64,000 nt of DNA from Planctomycetota bacterium (GCA_965223505.1 CBDCWP010000030.1:64001-128000), one strand, 5' to 3'. Positions 27,174-37,829 are shown, counted from the stretch's first letter. Notes: generated from the letters alone by a model not told the origin. Numbers and translations are program-made.

Positions 27174-30100
27174 CTAGCGTCCCGCGAACAGGACGTTGAG
27201 GCGGGCCGAGATGGCCCCGTAGACGCTCTTGGTCGTCGAGCCGTCCGGCTCGACCTTGACCTTGACCATCTCGAGGCTGGTCTCGTTCCCGGCGCCGGAC
27301 TTGTACGCGTAGTACATGTCCGTTCCGTTCGGAATGAGCGCCATCGACTCGCCGGCACGCCCGTTCGAGGATTCGACTCGCCGCGCGTCGTCGTTGAAGT
27401 CGAAGGCGCCGTGCAGCGAGCCGTTCGGCGTGTTGAACGAGATGTTCGAGATCAGCTGCACGCGCTCCGCGTCGTACTTCGAGTAGTAGTAGTACGCGGA
27501 CGTCACGTAGGCGACCTTCGAGCCGTCGTCGCTGACCTCCAGGTAGTGCAGTCGTTCCTGCGTGCCCGTCGAGTCGGGCGCCCACGAGGGATCGTGGAGC
27601 GCGGCCACCGCACCGCCCAGGTCCGCGTTGAACCCGAAGACGGCCGTGCCGCCGTAGCCGTAACAGCCGAGCCCCCACGTCGCGTGCACCGGCCCACCGA
27701 AGGTGGTGCTCGTCGTGGTGTACGGCCCGGCGTACTGGTACTGCGCGCCCCAGAACACGTCGCCCGTATCCCTCGCCATCACCTGGCGTGAGCCGCCGGC
27801 ATGACCCGCCGGCGCGTACCCGTACGAGTAGTTCAGGCAGTAGCCCGGATAGGCGTAGTTGCCGATGAACCCGCGGCGCGTGGGCCAGCCCGTGAGCCTG
27901 AATCCTTGTCCATTCGTGTGGCCGTTGATGGAACCCGCACCGAGCCTGCTGATGTTCCAGCCGACGAGCTGGCAGCCCGTGTTGGCCGAGGCCGTCACCG
28001 CCGACAGGTCACAGATGTAGAGGAAGTTCCGGTTGCGGGACAAGAACCCGCCGAACGGCTGAAGCGTCCCGTAGCGATCGTTCAGTCCCGACGTCGCCGA
28101 GGGGTTGAACGCGCCCGATCCGCTCGTGTAGGTCTGGATGTTCTCCGGAGAACCGCCGTTGGCCTGCGTGCAGGTCGAGCGCACCGACGACGTCGTGCTG
28201 TCCAAGTTCGAGCAGCTGTACATGGTCCCGGTGAAGTGCAACGACTGTTGGTAGACGTAGCTGTTGGTCAGCGTGTCCGTCGCGGGCGCACCGCCCCAGA
28301 AGAGCAACCCGTCGTTGTCGGCCGTGAAGACCAGCGCGCCGAAGCGCCACCGATGCGAGCCGCCGAAGGCGCTGGCCGTGACCTCCTTTTGCGTCGTGTT
28401 CGCCAACGTCGCCCAGCGATCCGCCGCAGTGGTCGAGCAGCATACGACGTCCTGCCGGCGCTGCATCAGCGTGTGGCTGCTGCTCGTGGCAGAAGCGCTC
28501 GCGTAGAAGCTGCCGGTGTAGTTCGTGTACGTGAACGCCACGCGCAGCCCGTCGTCGGAGATCTCCAGCCCCGTCGTCGGACCCGTGAAGCGCAGCCACA
28601 TGCCGTACTCGTTCGGTCCCACGCCGAGCGAGTACCCGCGACCGCCTCCGGCCGTCGCGTGACGAAGCGTCGACGTCGCCTGCCGGACGCCGCTGCCGTC
28701 GTAGTCGACCCACAGGTAGCTGCGGTAGACCGTCGTCGACAGGCTCGACGTCGAGTTGGGACCGGCCAGGATGGCGCACGCCATCCCGTTGCGGCTCACG
28801 CGGAACGGCAAGGGTGCGAGTGCGTTCTCCCTGAAGTTGGCCCCGTCCTCCCACCAGTAGCGGTGGTAGGGCCAGCTGCCGTACGTCGTGACGCTCTCGC
28901 GGTACGGCGACAGGTACCAGTGTTGGAACACCGTCTGGATCGGCTGGTTGGGCGCCTGCCAATTCGTCGACGTCCCGTCGCTTTGCGGCAACAGATGCGC
29001 GGCCGCAGCGCCGCTGTTCACGCCGTAGCGCATGATGTAGTAGCTCGACCACGACTGTAGGTAGGTCGAGGTCTGCGTCGCCATCAGGAAGTACAGGTTC
29101 GAGTTGGTGAGCACCAGGCTGTTGGCGCACACGTACCGACCGCTGGTCGATCCCGTCGCCGCGCCGCCGGGATCGACGATCCGGTAGGTCTGCCCACCGA
29201 AGATCTTCTCGCCGGTCAGCGAGAACAGCAGGATGCGCGAGCTCCCCGACGACTCGAGCTGGTTCGTCGGCGTCTGCTTGAGCTTCATGGCCGCAATCCG
29301 GCCATCCGGGCTCACCGTCATCTGAACGGTGCGCATCAAGCCGTTTTGCTGGCCGTCGATCTTGGACTCGAAGATGCCATCGCCGAAGCCACCCTCGCCG
29401 GGCGCGTTCGACTTCTCCATCGCGAACGGCACGTAGATCGACGCGTTCGATCGAATGATGAAGACACCGAAGCGATTGTCGCTCTCGAAGTGATAGCAAC
29501 GCCCGCCGTCCGCATAGATGCCCTGGTCCTTGTCCTCGACGACACCTTGCGCGTCGGGAAGGTCCACCGCCGAGCAGGACGGCTGCCAGTTGGCGTGACG
29601 ATAGTAGTAGGGTCCATTTTGACCGTAGAGCGGATAGGACGAGTTCGGATCCGAATGCTGGAACGGGCGCGCGCCGTTCACGTTCAACCCGTTCGTGTCG
29701 TCCCACCATCCCGAGGGATTGATGGTGCAGCGCAGAAGGTCGAGGTCTGCGTCGCCTTCGGACGTACCCGACAGGAGCGCACCGAGCTCATTCGCGGCGC
29801 CGCCGACGCCCGCAGCCGCCGGCAGGGTCGTTCCGACCGTGAGATCGGTGTCATCGAGCGGCGACATGATCGGCGCGCTGGAGAGCGCCTGGAACTTGCG
29901 AATCCGCTGCTGGTTGTCGTTGGGCTCGTGTCGCTCGAAGTACGAGTAGTAGTTGTAGATGCCCGTCCAGCTCTGCTGGCTGTGCGTGACGATCACCACG
30001 TCCGGGCCGACGCTGATCGTCGCCGTCGCCGATGCGCTCTTCGACGGGATCTCGTAGTCCGTGACCTCGAAGTCGAGCGGCTTCGGACCTTGCCGCTGGA

Positions 30101-31658
30101 GCATCGACGGATCGAACGTGCGCAGTGCGCCGGTGGACGTCAGCTCGACGCCGGCGAGAGGCGTGGATCCGAAGTCGACGGTCCAGAGGAAGGAATCGGC
30201 CGTCGCCCCCGGATCAAGCACGCGCTGCGAGCTGTGCGGCGCGGGCATATATGCGTCTTGGGGGACGCCGCCGATCGCGCGCATCTGAAGGCCGGGCGCG
30301 CCGCCGTCCGGGTTGTACGGGATCCCGATCTCGAGCTCCGGCAACGAAGCGTACGGAGCGACCGCCGAGAACGCCCCTTCGTTCGTCACGATCGGGTCGA
30401 CCTGGAGCGGGTCGGCCGGTGCGACGTTGAGCGTCACGGTGCCGAAGACGTGCTGACCCGGCGAGTTGGGCACGATGGTGCTGTACGCGTGTACGTACAT
30501 GCGGAACGTCCCCGCCCGGCGCGGCACGCCGCTGAACGACGCGGACGCCTCGACCGGCGCGTCGTCCTGCAGGAAGACACCCTCGGGAGGCATCGGACCG
30601 AGCAGACCGACCGCGCCCACCGGCGGGTACACCTCCGTACTGCCCCCGGACGCGCCGCCGTCGGCGTTCAGTCGGTTCGACGCCGGTCCTGCGGCACTCA
30701 CCGTGAAGCCCGTCGCCGACGTGAACGTCGGCGGCTGGCCGGCGGTGTAGACGAAGTCCTCGTTCGACTCGTTGGGAACGTCATCTACGAGCTCGAACTT
30801 GAACGGAGGCACGCCGGATGCGATCTGAACGAGCTCCGAGTAGATCTTGCCGGCTTGTGCCGGCGCGAGCACGTTCGTGACGAATTCGAGCGGCGGCGTG
30901 GTGATCGCCCACTGCAACTTGCGGACACCGACGTTGCCGATGCTGTCGGTCGCGATGAACGTGAAACGGAACGGACGGCCTGGAAGAATCTCGGTGGGTG
31001 TCCCGACCAAGCTTGCAGATCCGGGCGCGAGGATCACACCGAGCGGAAGCTGGCCGTCGTCCGGATCGAGAGGGTCGTCCGTGAGCGTGACCTCGTACGG
31101 CGGCACGCCGCCCGCGACGATGAGGTCGATCGCGACGAACTGACCGTAGACGGTCGACGGGATCGCATGAACGTCGGCGAAGCTACCCAGCTCGTTGTGA
31201 TTCTCCGGTGCGACCAACGACGGCGTCGCTGCGACGATCGCAACCGAACCCACGCCGACGTTCCACACGAGGTCGACGAAGGCGAACTGGAATGGTAGAC
31301 ATCCTTTGTCGGTGACCTGTAGGCGGAATTCGAACGTACCTTCCTGCAGGCAGTAGCCGGTGATGTGGTGACGCGCGGGATTCCCGCCCGACGCAGGCGT
31401 CGCGTCGACGTTCAGTCCTCTCGGCAGAAAGCCGCTGACGACGTTCAGGTCGTACGGACCGCCGCAACCGCCCTGAACCGGGACCTCGAAGTCGACGAAC
31501 TCGCCGGAAACGGTCGCAGGCGCGACGACGCCCGCAATCGAGAACGATCCAGCTGCAGACATCGGGCCACTTGATCCTCCGCAGGCAGGAAGAAGCAGTG
31601 CCAGAACGAGCGCGATGCAGCCAACCGCAAGCTGCGCGGACCACGTGGACTTCGACAT
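27174..31658 (-). CDS. Large (1494 aa) lipoprotein with N-terminal putative-Ig (He_PIG-like) repeats and S/T/G/Y-rich beta region
   Basis: GGAGG RBS, lipobox LLPAC; repeated GG.PPY...LP.G...GTP...F.F...TD modules. Confidence 0.8.
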   Translation of the reverse strand: MSKSTWSAQLAVGCIALVLALLLPACGGSSGPMSAAGSFSIAGVVAPATVSGEFVDFEVPVQGGCGGPYDLNVVSGFLPRGLNVDATPASGGNPARHHITGYCLQEGTFEFRLQVTDKGCLPFQFAFVDLVWNVGVGSVAIVAATPSLVAPENHNELGSFADVHAIPSTVYGQFVAIDLIVAGGVPPYEVTLTDDPLDPDDGQLPLGVILAPGSASLVGTPTEILPGRPFRFTFIATDSIGNVGVRKLQWAITTPPLEFVTNVLAPAQAGKIYSELVQIASGVPPFKFELVDDVPNESNEDFVYTAGQPPTFTSATGFTVSAAGPASNRLNADGGASGGSTEVYPPVGAVGLLGPMPPEGVFLQDDAPVEASASFSGVPRRAGTFRMYVHAYSTIVPNSPGQHVFGTVTLNVAPADPLQVDPIVTNEGAFSAVAPYASLPELEIGIPYNPDGGAPGLQMRAIGGVPQDAYMPAPHSSQRVLDPGATADSFLWTVDFGSTPLAGVELTSTGALRTFDPSMLQRQGPKPLDFEVTDYEIPSKSASATATISVGPDVVIVTHSQQSWTGIYNYYSYFERHEPNDNQQRIRKFQALSSAPIMSPLDDTDLTVGTTLPAAAGVGGAANELGALLSGTSEGDADLDLLRCTINPSGWWDDTNGLNVNGARPFQHSDPNSSYPLYGQNGPYYYRHANWQPSCSAVDLPDAQGVVEDKDQGIYADGGRCYHFESDNRFGVFIIRSNASIYVPFAMEKSNAPGEGGFGDGIFESKIDGQQNGLMRTVQMTVSPDGRIAAMKLKQTPTNQLESSGSSRILLFSLTGEKIFGGQTYRIVDPGGAATGSTSGRYVCANSLVLTNSNLYFLMATQTSTYLQSWSSYYIMRYGVNSGAAAAHLLPQSDGTSTNWQAPNQPIQTVFQHWYLSPYRESVTTYGSWPYHRYWWEDGANFRENALAPLPFRVSRNGMACAILAGPNSTSSLSTTVYRSYLWVDYDGSGVRQATSTLRHATAGGGRGYSLGVGPNEYGMWLRFTGPTTGLEISDDGLRVAFTYTNYTGSFYASASATSSSHTLMQRRQDVVCCSTTAADRWATLANTTQKEVTASAFGGSHRWRFGALVFTADNDGLLFWGGAPATDTLTNSYVYQQSLHFTGTMYSCSNLDSTTSSVRSTCTQANGGSPENIQTYTSGSGAFNPSATSGLNDRYGTLQPFGGFLSRNRNFLYICDLSAVTASANTGCQLVGWNISRLGAGSINGHTNGQGFRLTGWPTRRGFIGNYAYPGYCLNYSYGYAPAGHAGGSRQVMARDTGDVFWGAQYQYAGPYTTTSTTFGGPVHATWGLGCYGYGGTAVFGFNADLGGAVAALHDPSWAPDSTGTQERLHYLEVSDDGSKVAYVTSAYYYYSKYDAERVQLISNISFNTPNGSLHGAFDFNDDARRVESSNGRAGESMALIPNGTDMYYAYKSGAGNETSLEMVKVKVEPDGSTTKSVYGAISARLNVLFAGR

Positions 31659-31952
31659 GGGAACCTCCGAATCACGACAGACAACCCCCGCGTCGTCGAT
31701 CGATGACGCAACGAGGGTAGGGCGCCGCATGTTGAGCTTTCGTGGATTCGGTAGCCCCGAACGGAAGCGCTCTTACCAGAGCCGAGAATCGGTGGGGATA
31801 CACACGCGAAGGGTCGACCGGTAGTCGGGTTTCCACGCAGGCAGAGTGGGAACGTACGCACTCTCGAGGGGCACGGGATTAGCGCGATTCTCATCGAACA
31901 TCGAAGCCGGCGGGGGCGTCACTGAGGTGGCCCTCGAGGCGAGGACGTGGGT

Positions 31953-32639
31953 ATGCGCACTCGCATTTTGACCGTGACTTCCAGCGCGCAGGTTGCACGC
32001 AACCTCGCGGACGAACTTCAATGGGACTACGCGGTGACATGGTGCCGGTCGCCGGATGACATCGCCGTCGATGCAGCCGTTCAGTTCGACCTCGTCGTGC
32101 TGGACATGTCGAGGAACTCCGACGCCGGACTTCGATTCGTGAAGCAGGTGCGACTCGAGGGCGACATTCCGATCCTCGCCATGTGTCCCGCGATCGAGAG
32201 CGCGCTCAAGTCGGCGGTGTTACGTGCCGGCGCGGACGGCATCCTTGCCCCGACCGTCGGAAGCGAGGAGCTTCTGGCACGAATCGAAGCTCATCTTCGC
32301 CGGCCGGTCTTTCGAAGGTCCGGACCGCTCAGCAACGGGGGAATCGTGCTCGACCTCGACGCCCGCCGTTGCGAAGTGCAAGGTGAGGAGACGGCGCTGA
32401 CGCGCATCGAATTCGATCTGCTCGCGGCAATGATCTCTCGTCGAGGCGCCACCCTCACCAGGGCGTGGTTGGCCAAGAACGTGTTACACGATCGTTCGAG
32501 GTCGGCGGAGCGCAATCTCGACACGCACGTCAGTCATCTTCGCCGCAAGCTGGGGACGGAAGGCGGCGAGATCGAGACGGTGCGTGGAACCGGCTTTCGA
32601 CTCCGAGCCGCGCCTGAGCGCGCATCGCCGGACCGCTGA
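31953..32639 (+). CDS. OmpR-family regulator with atypical receiver
   Basis: Winged helix LTRIEFDLL...RNLDTHVSHLRRKL..IETVRGTGFRL; VVLD kept, but acidic pocket and KP absent. Confidence 0.88.
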   Translation: MRTRILTVTSSAQVARNLADELQWDYAVTWCRSPDDIAVDAAVQFDLVVLDMSRNSDAGLRFVKQVRLEGDIPILAMCPAIESALKSAVLRAGADGILAPTVGSEELLARIEAHLRRPVFRRSGPLSNGGIVLDLDARRCEVQGEETALTRIEFDLLAAMISRRGATLTRAWLAKNVLHDRSRSAERNLDTHVSHLRRKLGTEGGEIETVRGTGFRLRAAPERASPDR

Positions 32640-32647
32640 TCCAGAGC

Positions 32648-35167
32648 CTAGGGCTCTCGAAGGACGATCAAGTCGTCGACGGCGATGTCGTCCGTGACGA
32701 CCTGCTTCGAGCCCGACGGCCAGACTACCTCGATGCGATCCACGGACTCCGCGTCGCCCAATCCGAAGTAGAGCGGCTTCGAGCTCTGCGACAGATACCC
32801 GGACTGCCCGTCGTAGACCTGGGTGAGGGTACGTCCGGCGAACGTCACTCTAACTACTGCGCCGAGCCCGTCGCGGTTCGACTTGGTGCCCCGAAGGGCA
32901 ACCTTGAGAAAGTGGATCTCGCGGCGATCCGACAGGTCGCTCACCAGCACGAGGGGCTCGCTGTTGCAGTCGTTGGTCACGACGTCTAGGTCCCCGTCGT
33001 CGTCGAGGTCGAAGATGACGGACGACCGGCTCCCGAGGGGAGCCCACGCGACCAGCTCCCCTTCTTTGTCCTTGCACAGAAAATGGTCACCGTCCGTCGA
33101 ACAATCGAGGTCGAACCACGGCTTGAGCAACCGGCCGCGACGGGGCTCGACGCCGAGGACGAACTCGCTGTCCAGGAATCGCTTTCCGCCGTCATTGAGC
33201 AGGACCGAATTGACGCCGTAGCGGAACATGTAGTTCATGCTGGCGGCCACAAAGACGTCCTCGTACCCGTCGGCGTTGAGGTCGCCCACGCTGATCCCCC
33301 AGGGCCAGTAGGTCTCGGCGCCGATCGCGTCCGAGACCTCTTTGTAGCGCCCCCCGCCCTTGTTCTCGAAGAACGTATTGCCCCAAACGCTCTTGCCCTC
33401 GCTGCGCAGGATCGACTCGGGCCAGACCATGTCGGACTTCAACTTCTCCTGCGCCTGCTCGGGGTCGACGCCCTGGCTCATGTCCGAGTGCATGTCCGTG
33501 ATGAAGAAGTCCAGATCTCCGTCGGTGTCGAAATCGAAGACCTTCATACACATCGCTCCCCACGACGTCTTGGGAAACACTGCCCGGCTCCTCTTCACGA
33601 AGCGTTTGCCGGCCACGTTTTCGTAGTACTCGTCGTGTCCCTGCATGCTCAGGACGTACAGGTCGACCCAGCCGTCGTCGTTCACGTCGATCGGGCTGGC
33701 CGCTCCGGTCCAGGTCTTGTCGTTCAGCCCGACGCGGTCGTTGACGAGTTCGAAGCGGTTCTCACCCAGGTTCCGATAGAGCAAGCTGACCTCGGAGCGT
33801 GCCGGTTTCAGGTGCCCACTGAACCCGTCCAACACGCCTTCGTAGTAGTAGAACGGTCCTGGAGGGAGCCCCGCCGTCGTCGAGTCGTCGATGACGCGCC
33901 GCAGCGTGTTCGTCGTGTAGACGCCCACGTTGCAGACGAAGATGTCCAGTCGACCATCTCGATCGAAGTCGAACAGGACGGCGGAGGACGAATGACCCTC
34001 GTATACGAGCCCGGCCGCCTCGGTCACGTCCTTGAACGCTCCCTCCCCGTCGTTCACGAACAAGAAGTTGCCGCCTCGCACAGTTGTGACGAACAGGTCC
34101 GGATCTCCGTCGTTGTCGAGGTCGCCGAACGATGCCGTCACCCCCACCGGATCAGTCACGGCGACGCCCGCTTCCTCGGTGATGTCCTCGAACGTGCCGT
34201 CCCCTCGATTTCGCCAGAGCTGATTGCTACCGACCTGATTCGAGAAGTAGATGTCGAGCAGGCCGTCTCCGTCGACGTCCGCGACCGCGACGCCGTTGCC
34301 GTGGTCGTAGTGAACGGCCTTGTAGCGCTTGCCGCAGTCGTCGACGACGCGATTGACGAAGCGGATGCCGCTCGACAGCCTTCGATCTCGAAAGCGAAAA
34401 TCGTGGACCACCTTCCACGAGCGGGCCGCCGCGATCTGCTTCGCGGCCCGCGCCTCGAGCCAGCTCGTATCGAAGACGTCGGGGGGAACGCCGACGGCCT
34501 TCGGAGCAGGCTCGGCCAAGACCGTCTCGGTGGCCGCGACGAGCTCCTCGACGCCGGCATCCGTCTGGCTGTCGAAGTAGCCCCGGACCAGACCCCGACG
34601 GTCGACCAGAACAAAGCGGGCGCTGTGCGCAATTGGCATACGCGTGTTGGTCGGATCCGGCTCGACCGGCAGCTTGAATGCGTGCGAGCTCAGTGCCGAG
34701 GTCTCGCCGTCATCTCCAGTCAGAAATGACCAGTGTGCGAGGTCCGCGCCGTACGTTTCAGCGTACTTCTTCAGCGCTGTGGGCGTGTCGTTGCGTGGAT
34801 CGATGCTCAGGCTGAGGAAATGGAGTTCGTCTCGGGGCCGGCGATCGGCCCAACGCGCCTGCAGTTGCGACAGTCGACCGGTCTGCACGGGGCACGTCGC
34901 AACGCATCGCGTGAAGAAGAAGTTCGCAATCCACACGCGTCCTGCGAGGACATCGCTCGCGAAGGCACGGCCGTCCTGGTCGATCAGCGTGAACGACGGC
35001 GCGCGTCCGAACACCCGCGGTCGCGAGCTTGCGGCCGGCTCGGTCCTCGAGTCGGAGTCCGAGCCCGGGCCCGGCGCAGGCGGGTCCTGCTCACCGCATC
35101 CGACAAACGCCAGGAGCGCCACCGTGAATGCGACCACGCGCGCGAGGCGGCGATTCCTGCGCGGCAC
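32648..35167 (-). CDS. Lipoprotein, SCO1/SenC domain fused to FG-GAP CRTAC1/ASPIC-UnbV domain
   Basis: Lipobox FVGC; FTRCVATCP and HSARFVLVD; many DxDxDG loops; NRDGLGA...GYLSQSS..LYFGLG. Confidence 0.9.
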   Translation of the reverse strand: MPRRNRRLARVVAFTVALLAFVGCGEQDPPAPGPGSDSDSRTEPAASSRPRVFGRAPSFTLIDQDGRAFASDVLAGRVWIANFFFTRCVATCPVQTGRLSQLQARWADRRPRDELHFLSLSIDPRNDTPTALKKYAETYGADLAHWSFLTGDDGETSALSSHAFKLPVEPDPTNTRMPIAHSARFVLVDRRGLVRGYFDSQTDAGVEELVAATETVLAEPAPKAVGVPPDVFDTSWLEARAAKQIAAARSWKVVHDFRFRDRRLSSGIRFVNRVVDDCGKRYKAVHYDHGNGVAVADVDGDGLLDIYFSNQVGSNQLWRNRGDGTFEDITEEAGVAVTDPVGVTASFGDLDNDGDPDLFVTTVRGGNFLFVNDGEGAFKDVTEAAGLVYEGHSSSAVLFDFDRDGRLDIFVCNVGVYTTNTLRRVIDDSTTAGLPPGPFYYYEGVLDGFSGHLKPARSEVSLLYRNLGENRFELVNDRVGLNDKTWTGAASPIDVNDDGWVDLYVLSMQGHDEYYENVAGKRFVKRSRAVFPKTSWGAMCMKVFDFDTDGDLDFFITDMHSDMSQGVDPEQAQEKLKSDMVWPESILRSEGKSVWGNTFFENKGGGRYKEVSDAIGAETYWPWGISVGDLNADGYEDVFVAASMNYMFRYGVNSVLLNDGGKRFLDSEFVLGVEPRRGRLLKPWFDLDCSTDGDHFLCKDKEGELVAWAPLGSRSSVIFDLDDDGDLDVVTNDCNSEPLVLVSDLSDRREIHFLKVALRGTKSNRDGLGAVVRVTFAGRTLTQVYDGQSGYLSQSSKPLYFGLGDAESVDRIEVVWPSGSKQVVTDDIAVDDLIVLREP

Positions 35168-35185
35168 CGAGCCCCCCCTTCACCC

Positions 35186-35659
35186 TTAGTGGGGCCCTAC
35201 TCGCTCCATCGATGCCCAGAACGACCGCGGGGCATCGACGACGAGCCGGCCGAGCAACAGCGGGTGCGTCCACCCACACATCTGATCGCCACGCAACTCG
35301 AGTGTCCTCGGATCGCCGGTCTCGAACTCCAACGAGAACTCGAGGTCCGGCACGGCGGCCTCCTTCAATCCGAGCCGAGGCAACGCGAGGTTGTAGATGT
35401 AGTCGCGGCTTCGAAGGTGCAGCCGCGCTCGCGTGTGTGCGGGGACGTGCACGTCGCGGCGCGAGAAGACGTCGTCGCTCGTTCCGATCCGTCCGTCGAC
35501 ACCTGGGTAGCGCACATGCCACTCGAACGCCTTGCCTGTCACCTCGATCTCGAGCAACTCGGGTCGCACGACGTCCGTAGCTGGTGCTCGGTCGGACGCA
35601 CCTGCCGTCGTGAGCAGTGGCGAGAGCAGGCAGAGAGCTAGCGTGAACGATCGAAGCAC
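35186..35659 (-). CDS. Stand-alone cytochrome c oxidase subunit II-like cupredoxin domain with degenerate CuA site
   Basis: IEVTGKAFEWHVRYPGVDG, LRSRDYIYN, DQMCGWTH; signal-like N-terminus; start uncertain. Confidence 0.75.
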   Translation of the reverse strand: MLRSFTLALCLLSPLLTTAGASDRAPATDVVRPELLEIEVTGKAFEWHVRYPGVDGRIGTSDDVFSRRDVHVPAHTRARLHLRSRDYIYNLALPRLGLKEAAVPDLEFSLEFETGDPRTLELRGDQMCGWTHPLLLGRLVVDAPRSFWASMERVGPH

Positions 35660-35990
35660 GTCAAACGCCCCATGACGTCGTCTCGAACCGATGCTATCAA
35701 CGCGTTGTGCGCGGTTCTGTGCCAACACTCGTTTCGGGACCATCGCACCGGCACCGACGTTTCCGACGCGCTGCGTGGCAACAAAGATGCCGCATCACAG
35801 TGCGGAACAAGACGCGCGTCGTGCGTTTGATGTGCGAACGATTGCTCCAGGTCGAGATCTTGGGGGAACCCAGGTCGAGTCCGCGAGCGGGCCCGCCCCC
35901 TTTGAAGGAGAAAGAAAGTGCGAGCGCGTCGATGTCCGGCCGACAGGCCTGACACCGCTCCAGAGGACGGCGGCCTACTTCCCTAGCGGC

Positions 35991-37760
35991 CTACTTCTTC
36001 TTGTCCTCGAGCTCCTTCTTGATCTCTTCAATGATCTCAGGCACGGCCGGATCGTTGCCGCCGAGGCTGATGTACTGCTCGAACCACTTGAGCGCAGTCT
36101 CCAGGTCCTCGAGCTCGTTCATGTAGATGTCGCCGATGTCCAGCATCAAGTCGACGTCCTTCTCGTTCAGACCTGAGGCCTTCTCGAGCGCCTCGACGGC
36201 GTCCTCCCACTTCTTCTGGTGAATGAACGAGAAGCCGAGACCACGCCACGCGAAGTACGACTTGTCGTCCATCTCCGTCGCGCTCACGTACCACTTGACC
36301 GCTTCCTTGTACTTCTCCTGGAAGTAGTAGTTGTCGCCGATCCAGACCACGATGTTCGGGTCATTGGGCCGCAGTTCATGCGCCCGCTTCAGGAGCTTGA
36401 GCGCCTTGTTGAAGGTGCCGAGCGCCTCGTAGTCGAAGGCGCAGTTGATCATGGCGCGAAGGTTGTCCTTCTGCCCCTTCATCTTGAGCATCTTCTCGTA
36501 CACGTCGATGGCCTCGCTGAACTTCGCTTGCGCGTCGTACGTCGCGCCGAGGTTGGCCATCGCAGTGAGATAGTCCTTTCGGATGTTGGACGCCTTCTTG
36601 AACTGAACCTGCGCCTCCGAGATCCGCCCCTGCTTGAACAAGCAGTAGCCGACCGAGTTGATGCCTTCCGCGGAGTCCGGCTTGAGCGCGACGTGCTCGC
36701 GGTACTGCTCCTCGGCCTCTTCCCACTTCTCCTGTCGCTCGAGAAGCCAGCCCAGACCGAAATACGCGCGGTGGTTCTCCTCGTCCGCCTCGATCACCTT
36801 GTCGTAGTAGGTCTTCGCCTCGGTGTAGGCCTGCTCCGTGTTCTGCTTCGCCACGAGGTCGGCCAACGCAAGCGTGATGTCCGGGTGCTCTTGGGTGATG
36901 CGATAGGCCTTCTTCATCGAGTCGATGGCCTCGTCGAGCTTGCCGTCGCGCGACAAGGCCTCGCTGCGGACCAAGAACGCCGCCAGGAACGAGGGACGCA
37001 TCGTGAGCACGGTGTCCGCCCGCAACGTCGCCTTCGCGTAGTCGCCTTCGACCAGGTCGAAGCGCGCGAGCATCAGATGCCCCTCGAAGAACTCGTTCTT
37101 GGCCTGGACCGCGGACTGAACGCGCTGGCGCGCCTCCTTGGTCTTCCCGAGCGCGTACTCGGTCTCCGCCAGCAGCAGCGTGATGTCGCGCCGCTCCGCC
37201 GGCGCAAGGCCCGCCGCGACCTGCAGCGGCTTGAGCGCCTCCTTGAGGTTGCCGAGCGCCATGTGGGCGCGCCCGACCTCGAGGTGCGCGTCGTAGTTCT
37301 TCTTGTCGGCCTTGACCATGCCCTCGAGAACGAGAAGGCGTTCGGCCGGGGGCTTCATGCGCGCGATGTGAAGTTTCAAGCAGACGAGCTTCGGCCAGTC
37401 ACTGAGGAACGACTGGAGATCCTCTGTCAACGTCTGGGGGTCGTCACCGACCTTCAGTGCCGCTTCCTGGTAGCGAACATGCGCACGGTAGTGATTGAGG
37501 TCCGCCGCGATGGCTTTCCAGTAGGCGTTCGCGGCCGCTTCCCAGCGACCTTCCTCGCGCGCCGCCTCGCCTTCGTCGTAGGCCTCCTGCGCCTGAATCG
37601 GCTTGCCCTTGTACTGTTCCCCCGCTTCCTCGGGCTTGGTCTCGTCGGCCCACGCGGCCGGTGCCATCAGAACGGCCCCGACAAGAAGCGCGGGGAGGAG
37701 GAACGACCCCAAGAGGGTCGAGACGTCACCGGCGAACGCCTTCGACATGCGGCGCGGCAT
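35991..37760 (-). CDS. Exported TPR-repeat protein
   Basis: GGAG RBS, signal ending AWA; many TPR units (AYFGLGWLL...WEEAEEQY; AWRGLG...WEDAVEAL). Confidence 0.9.
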   Translation of the reverse strand: MPRRMSKAFAGDVSTLLGSFLLPALLVGAVLMAPAAWADETKPEEAGEQYKGKPIQAQEAYDEGEAAREEGRWEAAANAYWKAIAADLNHYRAHVRYQEAALKVGDDPQTLTEDLQSFLSDWPKLVCLKLHIARMKPPAERLLVLEGMVKADKKNYDAHLEVGRAHMALGNLKEALKPLQVAAGLAPAERRDITLLLAETEYALGKTKEARQRVQSAVQAKNEFFEGHLMLARFDLVEGDYAKATLRADTVLTMRPSFLAAFLVRSEALSRDGKLDEAIDSMKKAYRITQEHPDITLALADLVAKQNTEQAYTEAKTYYDKVIEADEENHRAYFGLGWLLERQEKWEEAEEQYREHVALKPDSAEGINSVGYCLFKQGRISEAQVQFKKASNIRKDYLTAMANLGATYDAQAKFSEAIDVYEKMLKMKGQKDNLRAMINCAFDYEALGTFNKALKLLKRAHELRPNDPNIVVWIGDNYYFQEKYKEAVKWYVSATEMDDKSYFAWRGLGFSFIHQKKWEDAVEALEKASGLNEKDVDLMLDIGDIYMNELEDLETALKWFEQYISLGGNDPAVPEIIEEIKKELEDKKK

Positions 37761-37829
37761 GGCAGTCTCCACGAGTGTTACGTCGGCGCCGACCGTGGCT
37801 GTGCGGTGATCTCCGGCGAACCGTTCCGT

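Noticed and set aside
31869..31883. Sigma-54 promoter-like GGCACG-N4-TAGC upstream of the response regulator
   Set aside because: Imperfect match; a similar one near 9680 points antisense to genes, so chance matches are likely at this GC content.
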